Origin: the human T2T-CHM13v2.0 reference genome, Homo sapiens
NCBI RefSeq assembly: GCF_009914755.1
Contig: NC_060941.1
Reading direction: 5' to 3' (one strand)
Length of the DNA stretch: 64,000 nt
Positions 1 through 64,000 of the stretch are shown here, piece by piece (position 1 is the first letter of the stretch; every line of letters begins with the position of its first letter). Under the pieces are notes generated by a model. The model worked only from the letters and a program-made list of their open reading frames with translations. It did no database searches and was not told the DNA's origin. Both the position numbers and the translations under genes were made by a program.

Positions 1-720
<720 letters not shown>

Positions 721-1011
721 TCAAAACTCACTGATTGTACACTTTAATTGGGTGCAGTTTTTGTTGCCCTTAAATTATGCCTCAATTAGAGAGAAAGAGA
801 GAGAATATAAGGAAATGGGGGCAGCCATGGCGTCCTTGGAGAATTCACACTTGGGACGACAACTGCTCATTTGTGTACTCTCTCCTCCTCACCTGTCTTC
901 CACTCCACCCCTGTCTCTGATGGAACATCTCTCCAGCTAAGCCATCTTCCTCAAGGCAGCCCAATTCTCTGTGGGGCTGCCACAGCACTAAACTGTTCTC
1001 TGTGTCCCCAG

Positions 1012-36396
<35,385 letters not shown>

Positions 36397-36756
36397 AATA
36401 TATTCCTGAGATTTCCTCCTGGCCTTTCCTGGTTTTCATCAGGAAGGAAATGACACCAAATATGTCCGCAGAATGGACTTGATAGCAAACACTGGGGGCA
36501 CCTTAAGATTTTGCACCTGTAAAGTGCCTTACAGGGTAACTGTGCTGAATGCTTTAGATGAGGAAATGATCCCCAAGTGGTGAATGACACGCCTAAGGTC
36601 ACAGCTAGTTTGAGCCAGTTAGACTAGTCCCCGGTCTCCCGATTCCCAACTGAGTGTTATTTGCACACTGCACTGTTTTCAAATAACGATTTTATGAAAT
36701 GACCTCTGTCCTCCCTCTGATTTTTCATATTTTCTAAAGTTTCGTTTCTGTTTTTT

Positions 36757-36880
36757 AATAAAAAGCTTTTTCCTCCTGGAACAGAAGACAGCTGCTGGGT
36801 CAGGCCACCCCTAGGAACTCAGTCCTGTACTCTGGGGTGCTGCCTGAATCCATTAAAAATGGGAGTACTGATGAAATAAA
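36757..36880 (+). terminator. ABCC3: ABCC3 proximal polyadenylation signals
   Basis: AATAAA 36757-36762, ATTAAA 36852-36857 and AATAAA 36875-36880 downstream of the stop. Confidence 0.75.
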
Positions 36881-37421
36881 ACTACATGGTCAACAGTATA
36901 TACACAGTAGTCTTTTTGCACTTGTTCACAAGGTTTGGGGATTAGGATCTTTGGAGGAGGCCAAGAGGAAGACTTTCTACACATGTACATGGTTGTAGTT
37001 ACCTGAACTTCAGACCCAAGAGCTCTTGGCTGCAAATATTGCCTTCACAGCCAAAATTCCCTGGGTAATTGCCAGTAGCTCCTGCTCTGCTGTGCAGATA
37101 TTGTAAAACGGTGAGAAAGGCCCTGAAATCTGACCTGGGGCCTCTTGGGAAAGCTGCTGTGAATACCTCCACGTTAATGTCATCCCTCAGCCCTCTATGC
37201 CTGTTTCTCTAGGGACTGAGAAGTGCATGATGCTTTTACTTCCTTGCTCATTTCGAAGTCTGTTCCAGACAGTTCCTATAACCAGTGAGGCCTCCAAGTC
37301 ATTCATTTTCCTCAGTCTAGCCAAAGCTGAATGTGTGAGCACAAAGAAGCCGAGAGGCCACCTCCTGCCCAGAGAGAAGCCACCCACACTCCCAGGTTGG
37401 CAGACAAGATGTGAGGGGTGA

Positions 37422-37427
37422 ATTAAA
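37422..37427 (+). terminator. ABCC3: ABCC3 candidate distal polyA signal
   Basis: ATTAAA followed by T-rich sequence. Confidence 0.5.
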
Positions 37428-38404
37428 TTTGTTTTCTTGAGCAAGCCAACAAAGAGTTTCTTTTCTGCAGGTCAGAGTCCACCTGGCTGGCACCGGCCTT
37501 CTATTTGGAATGGATCTCTTCTCCTTGTTCCTAAGTGTTCTGGTCTCCTCTGTCTCGCTCTCATTTCCTCTATCTTTGTCTTGGTATGATGTGAGTGGCT
37601 GTGGGTGATGGTGGTTTTCTCCCCAACCCTAAATGGCTTGCAGTAGATATGGATGGAGGTGGATCCTTTGACTGGTTTTTTCTATATGCTCTGGGTCAGC
37701 CTGTGCTGCAGGACCATTTGTTAAAGGTTAATCACATTTTTTTGGCAGGCTGTTTCTGCCCAGGATGTTTATGAGTATATGGAAGATGACTTCCATCCTT
37801 GTGATAAAGCAAGTATGAAAGCACAAATGCCCAAATTATCCTGCCTCTCCTTGGTGCTAAGAAAAGGTCTCTGCTATGCTCTCTGATTTATTAGGCCAAT
37901 TTGGCTTGACGTCTGCTTTGTGAGGTGCTAGCTGGCCTGAACCAACAGAAAAGCAGACTCATTCAGCATCAGTATCAGCTAAAGATCTGGAAGTGTAAGG
38001 CTGTGTTTCCTCTCCTGTCTTGGGACTTTGCTTCTGAGCTCATTGAGGCCCTGACAGGTGCTGACAACTCAAAGGAGAGGCTCAGTTGGGTAAAGTAAAT
38101 AGGATAATCAAAAAATGTGGTTAATAGGGGATGACCTCCATCTAACTGGCTCAGCTACTCCAGGGAAATGAAGCCGACTGCGTGAACTGGAAGGAAAGAC
38201 GCCGCACAAAATATCCGTCCCCAGGTGCTACTGACAGGGTATGAACGGGATGTGGAGGAGGCTCAGGTGGAGAGAGGGCCCTTCTAATTTTCCTGCAGAG
38301 CTTCTGGTCTCTGGGACTGTCCAACAATTTGAACCCCCTATGATTAGAACTATAGTGCTGTTTAGGAAGCCAAAATGAAGGCATATAGGATCGGTCAGTT
38401 AATA

Positions 38405-40084
<1,680 letters not shown>

Positions 40085-40291
40085 TTTGATACAAAAATAA
40101 AGATGCTAACTCCTTTAGCTCAGTTTCCCACAATAACCTTTAAAATAGCAACAGATTCAGTCTCAAAAATTGCTTTTCATTTGTAGTGGAAAATGAAAGT
40201 GGAGAACATGGAACAGCAATATTTGTGCTCTTCTCATAGGATGCAGTTACACACACATATGACTGGAATCACTTCAGAGTAAAAAAAAAGT

Positions 40292-40412
40292 GGGCTGGGT
40301 GCAGTGGCTCACACCTGTAATCCCAGCACTTTGGGAGGCCAAGGACAGGAGCATCACTTAAGGCCAGAAGTTTGAGACCAGCCTGGGCCACATAGTGAGA
40401 CCCTGTCTCTAT
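40292..40412 (+). mobile_element. FLAM / Alu left monomer
   Basis: Single Alu arm. Confidence 0.85.
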
Positions 40413-40683
40413 GGGCGGGGTGGGGGTGGGGGGCATTGTAAAAAAGCAGTTGTTCTTTTAGAAGGCATCAGAGAGCCCTCTAGTGACCACGAAGGGGAGT
40501 TAATGCAGAGATGACTCGAGACAGAGAAGCAGTCATGAGTGTTTACAAAGGAAAAAGTGAGGGAGGGAAAGCTCTTTTGGTTAACAGCATATTTACAATT
40601 AGTTAACTGTATTCTTAAATACTTTTAACCTGAGTAACATTTATAAATATGTTATAGGAAACCTCACAGTCACAAGTCACACT

Positions 40684-40753
40684 AGAATCCATCTGTCCAG
40701 TATCTGTGCTTTCCCCACACCAGAATCCATCTGTCCAGTATCTGTGCTTTCCC
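40684..40753 (+). repeat. perfect 32-bp duplication (period 38) in the ANKRD40 3' UTR
   Basis: AGAATCCATCTGTCCAGTATCTGTGCTTTCCC twice. Confidence 0.95.
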
Positions 40754-41202
40754 GAGTCTTCCTCTCTCATAAGTTCCCAATGTCAGCAGAGTTGTGAGCA
40801 TGCAACACCAAGAAAAACGCATCCCAGCCCTTCAGGTGCACTGTCAACAGGAGTGGCTAGAAATAGGCTCCGCTCTCTCTCAGCTGCTGCTTAGACAACT
40901 CTCTTACATTCTGGACATAAAACACACTGGATATAGAACCTTCAGCTTCTGCCTCTCCAGACCACTTCTCAGCTGTTCAAAGCTTCAAGCAATAGGTTTA
41001 CTGTGCACCAAGAGGCTTGGAAGAGTGGCACCACTGCTTGGGGGTCAGGGGCTTCCTACCTTGGCAGAATGATGTTAGTATATACTATGCAGTGGCACCA
41101 GAGGCCCTCCCGGGCATCTGAGGCATTTAGATCAATGGCTTGTCCTTGGCCCAGAGGTGATGCACACTGTCATAATACTCAGTGATAAAAGTCCCTGCTG
41201 CA

Positions 41203-52863
<11,661 letters not shown>

Positions 52864-52921
52864 CTTCCCACAGCCCCAGGCCCCCGCCCAGGCCCGCCTG
52901 CCCCGCCCCGCCCGGGGCCTG

Positions 52922-52960
52922 TCAGCGCCGCCGCCGTCGCCGCGGCCCGCTCCCGGCCAT
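52922..52960 (-). other. upstream ORF MAGSGPRRRRRR* in the ANKRD40 leader
   Basis: ATG GCC GGG AGC GGG CCG CGG CGA CGG CGG CGG CGC TGA; only upstream ATG in the island; translation not shown. Confidence 0.6.
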
Positions 52961-54402
52961 GGGGAGGGAGCGCGGAACTCGCCCGCCCTGCTCGCGCCGC
53001 TGCCCGCGCCCGTCCCGGGACTTCCGCTCCCTCCCGCGGGCCGCCCCTGCTGCTCCCGGCCCGCAGGCCCAGGCCTCCTCCCGGGCCGCGCCTCCCGAAG
53101 GCCGGCTCCGGGGGACCCTGTTCAGTGTGACAACGCTGACCCAGATATTTTCCGTTCCGACCCGGGGCTCCGGCGCCCGGGCTGGCTGTTTATGTAACTA
53201 CTGCACAATATTATATGCCATGATTCATTGACTATTTTTAGACTTCCCCACCCCGCAGTTTCAAGGGAGGAGGACAAGACACATGAAAAGAGAAAAAAGC
53301 ATAGCTGAGGGCCAGAAAAGCCTTATCCTCTGGTGCAGGCTGTTTACCAGGCATCCAAAATAATTGGTGGGTTCTTTTTATTGGGATTTGGGGTTTTTTT
53401 GTTATTTTCCCCCAGTTTGGTTGGCTCCTTTTCCTTATCTGAGCCAATTCGTGCCCAGCAGGATGGGGAAATGGGCTGAAAACGATCCTACTATAATACG
53501 CCCATTATTACAGAGATAGATTAGACTCTTCTTCTTTTTGACAGTGCTTGGGGACAATTCAGTTAGAATATTTATTTCAATTGTTGTTGTTTTACATCTC
53601 ATTTTAGACAGGATTTCTTCTAACCTGGCTTTCAGGAAAAATATTTATATTGTGCTCACAGTTTATGAACTGTAATTACTGCTTACAGATTGTAATTAGT
53701 TACTCTTCATGAAGGCCATATAAGGAGAAAAGAAAGGAAAAACACCAAAGAGGCTTTGGAGGTGTCCTGGTCCTGATTCCAAGTGCTCTGGGAAGAGCTG
53801 TGGTGTACATGTAAACAGCATTTTGCTTCACTTCTTGCCCGATCTATCTAATGAGGCTCAGAGCCTCAGTTGGCACTGTTTTATACCCAGTGGGAGAAAA
53901 AGGAAATATTGTTTTGTTGAGCCCAGGTGCCCTGAAGAGATCCTCCGATGTGGCACAGGATGGAACTTTACAGATGGGGTCAAGATTAAGGAAATAGCCC
54001 TGGGGAGGAAGGGAGGAAGGCCTGAACAAGGAGAGATGAAATAGGAAGGGATAAATTTAGGCATGGAGTTTTCATTTCCGTCTCTTGGGGCTGCTGGGAT
54101 CTGCACAGCAAGCATTTTTCTTGCTACAGTTTAAGAAAAACCAATGTCTGTTTGTTTAGTATGATACAGTAATTCACACAGTACACAGTGCACACCAGGT
54201 GGTGCTGAATATAAACTGACTACACACTTAAATTGACCCCCATGGCAAATTGTAACCCTGCTTGAGCTTACATTTTCATTTGTTCCCCCAATTTAAATTT
54301 TAATTCTCACATCCAGCATGATACTCTATCTGAAACTGATGTGTATGGCACTGGATTTGAGTCCTTCAACACAATTTCAGTGACATGGGAGTAGGTAGTG
54401 GC

Positions 54403-55167
<765 letters not shown>

Positions 55168-55399
55168 TAGCATGTACCCTACATAACTGCTGTATCCGTG
55201 AATATTAGTAGATCTTCTTAAACTCAACCTCTACTTACTCTGATTTCAGTCTTCTGTTTATTATCTTCAGATTAAAAAAAACAAAATTTTATCCACAAAC
55301 AAAACTTCTGATCTTGGATATAACTGAATGTAACCTGCTGGCTGTTCTATTACTACTTCCATTTATCTCTACTCTGTCTTGTCTCTAGGGAACTACCTA

Positions 55400-57160
<1,761 letters not shown>

Positions 57161-57186
57161 AGAAGACAGCCAAAGACTGAAGAATA

Positions 57187-58223
57187 CAGATGGTTCCCAA
57201 CTTATGATGGTTGCAGTTAGGATTCTTTTACTTTACAACAGTGCAAAAGTGATACACAAAAGTGCAAAAATAAGTAGAAACCTTACTTTGTGTAACCAAA
57301 CAACTATTCTGTTTCTCATTTTCAGTACAGTATTTAATAAATTACGTGAGATATTCAACACTTTATTATAAAATAGGCTTTGTGTTAGATGATTTTACCC
57401 AACTGTAGGCTAATTAAAGTATTCTCAGCACATTTAAGGCTAGGCTAAGTTATGATGTTTGGTAGGTATATTAGTCTATTTTCACACTGCTATCAGGAAC
57501 TACCTAAGGCTGGGCACAGTGGCTCATGCCTATAATCCCAGCACTTTGGGAGGCCAAAGACAGGTGGATGATCACTTGAGGCCAGGAGTTGGAGACCAGC
57601 CTGGCCAACATGGAGAAACCCTGTCTCTACTAAAAAATACAAAAATTAGGTGGGTGTGATGGCGCAAGCCCATAATCCCAGCTACTCGGGAGGCTGAGGC
57701 ACAAGAATCACTTGAACCTGGGAGGAAGGGGCTGTAGTGAGCCTAGATTGTGCCACTGCACTCCAGCCTGGGCGACAGAGCAAGACTTTGTTTAAAAAAA
57801 AAAAAAAGAAAAAAGAACTACCCGAGACTGGGTAATTTATAAAGTAAAGAGGTTTAATTGGCTCACAGTTCCACATGGCTGGGGAGGCCTCAGGAAACTT
57901 ACAATTATGGGAAGGCGAAGCAAGCGCCTCCTTCACAGGGTGGCAGGAGAGAGAGCGAGAGAGCGAAGGGGAAGAGCCACACTTTTAAACCATCAGATGT
58001 CCTGAGAACTCACTCCCTATCACGAGAACAGCATGGGGGAACCGCCGCCATTATCCAATCACCTCCCACCAGCTTCCTCCCTGGACACATAGGGATTACA
58101 ATTTTAGATGAGATTTGGGTGGAGACACAGAGCCAAACTATCCATAGGCTAGGTGCATTAAATGCATTTTCAACCTAATGGACGTATTGGGATCTAACCC
58201 CTTTGTAAGTTGAGGAGCATCTG
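57187..58223. mobile_element. MER47-like Tigger MITE containing an MST/THE1 LTR (about 57468-58144) that contains an Alu (57508-57815)
   Basis: TA|CAGATG...CATCTG|TA terminal inverted repeats with TA TSD; LTR motif GAGACTGGGTAATTTATAAAG. Confidence 0.82.
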
Positions 58224-58483
58224 TAGTCAACATTTTAATGACGGACAGAAGAGAAGAAATTCTCAAATGAGAGCAGAGGAGCAGCTATTAATAGACTAGC
58301 AGGAGGAAAAGCAAAGGAGTGGGAGGGTTTGGAGACAAGGGAGTGATCCACAGGGTCAAATGCTGCAGAAAGGGCAAGAAAGAAAGGGCTGAAACACATG
58401 AAATGGGTTTAACCATCACAAGCTTGCTGGTGCCATTGAAGAGGAAAGGTGCAGTGAGGTGGTACAGGTAGCCACCAGACTTT

Positions 58484-58775
58484 CTTAGTCCATTTGGGAT
58501 GCTATAACAAAATACCACAACCTGGGTGGCTTATAAGCAACTGAAATTTTTTTCTCACAATTCTGGAAGCTGAAATTCCAAGATCATGGTACCAGCATGG
58601 TCAGGTTCTGTCGAGGGCCCTCTTCTGGGTTGCAGACTGCCAGCTTCTCATTTTTTCCTCACATGGCATGGCAGAAGGGGCAAAGGAGCTCTCTCGGGCC
58701 TCATTTATGAATGGCACTAATACCATTCCTGAGGTCTCTGCCTTCATGACCTAATCACACCTGAAAGGTCCTGCC
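58484..58775. mobile_element. MLT1-type MaLR LTR
   Basis: CTTAGTCCATTTGGGATGCTATAACAAAATACCAC...TCTCACAATTCTGGA. Confidence 0.75.
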
Positions 58776-58913
58776 TTTTTTTTTTTTTTTTTTTTTTGAG
58801 ACAGGGTCTTGTTCTGTCACCCAGGCTGGCACCTGACCTAAAAAACAAACAAAAACAAACAAACAACAACAACAACAACAAAAAACCTTTCATTCTAAGG
58901 GAAGAAATTGCTA

Positions 58914-63579
<4,666 letters not shown>

Positions 63580-63891
63580 TCACAATAGCATCGTGGCTGG
63601 GGGCCGGGGGAGGACTATTGTAAACCCCATTTTACAGAAAAGGAAACAAAGGCACAGAGCGGCAGAGCTGGGATTACGAACCCAGGCAATCTGGCTTTAG
63701 AGACCATACCCTTAACTGTGCTAAAGCATTATCCCAACATACGTTGATATATTTGTGACTTTATTTCTTCAGCGATTATCTCCCCTCGCCAATGCACAGG
63801 TCTGCGGGAGCATGGACTGTCTGAAAGGTTCTGAGTTTAGCTTTAAGCACAGTGCCTGGCACATACCATTTGTTGAATAAATGGATCTACC

Positions 63892-63923
63892 TATCTATAT
63901 ATATGTGTGTGTGTGTGTGTGTA

Positions 63924-63992
<69 letters not shown>
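63892..63992 (+). repeat. compound (TA)n(TG)n(TA)n(T)n microsatellite at an Alu tail
   Basis: Read directly; followed by GAGATGGA, the end of a minus-strand Alu cut by the window edge. Confidence 0.93.
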
Positions 63993-63993
<1 letters not shown>

Positions 63994-64000
63994 AGATGGA

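Overview
Primate genomic DNA, almost certainly human 17q21.33. The + strand carries coding exons 2-31 of ABCC3 (MRP3; exon 1 lies upstream of the window). I traced all 30 exons by GT-AG boundaries. Their phases join into one frame totalling 4539 nt including the stop, which gives 1527 aa if the missing exon 1 supplies the recalled 45 nt. The - strand carries the complete 5-exon ANKRD40 gene (368 aa), convergent with ABCC3, with a CpG-island promoter at about 52.4-53.2 kb. The rest is dominated by about 50 Alus plus L1M, L2, MIR, MaLR LTRs, MER DNA transposons, microsatellites and one Y3 RNA retrocopy. I found no CRISPR, tRNA/rRNA or prokaryotic system, and the long ORFs outside the exons are Alu, STR or antisense artefacts. 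The best unexplained signals are: (1) an ANKRD40 5' leader with a single uORF (MAGSGPRRRRRR*) followed by eight G-tracts running up to the main AUG; (2) a dense nuclear-receptor half-site array (DR5, DR3, DR1) with a nearby ARE in ABCC3 intron 13; (3) a 170-bp duplication bracketing in-frame exon 26; (4) locally templated fold-back insertions, clearest inside the Y3 retrocopy. Repeat boundaries and subfamily names are by eye and approximate.
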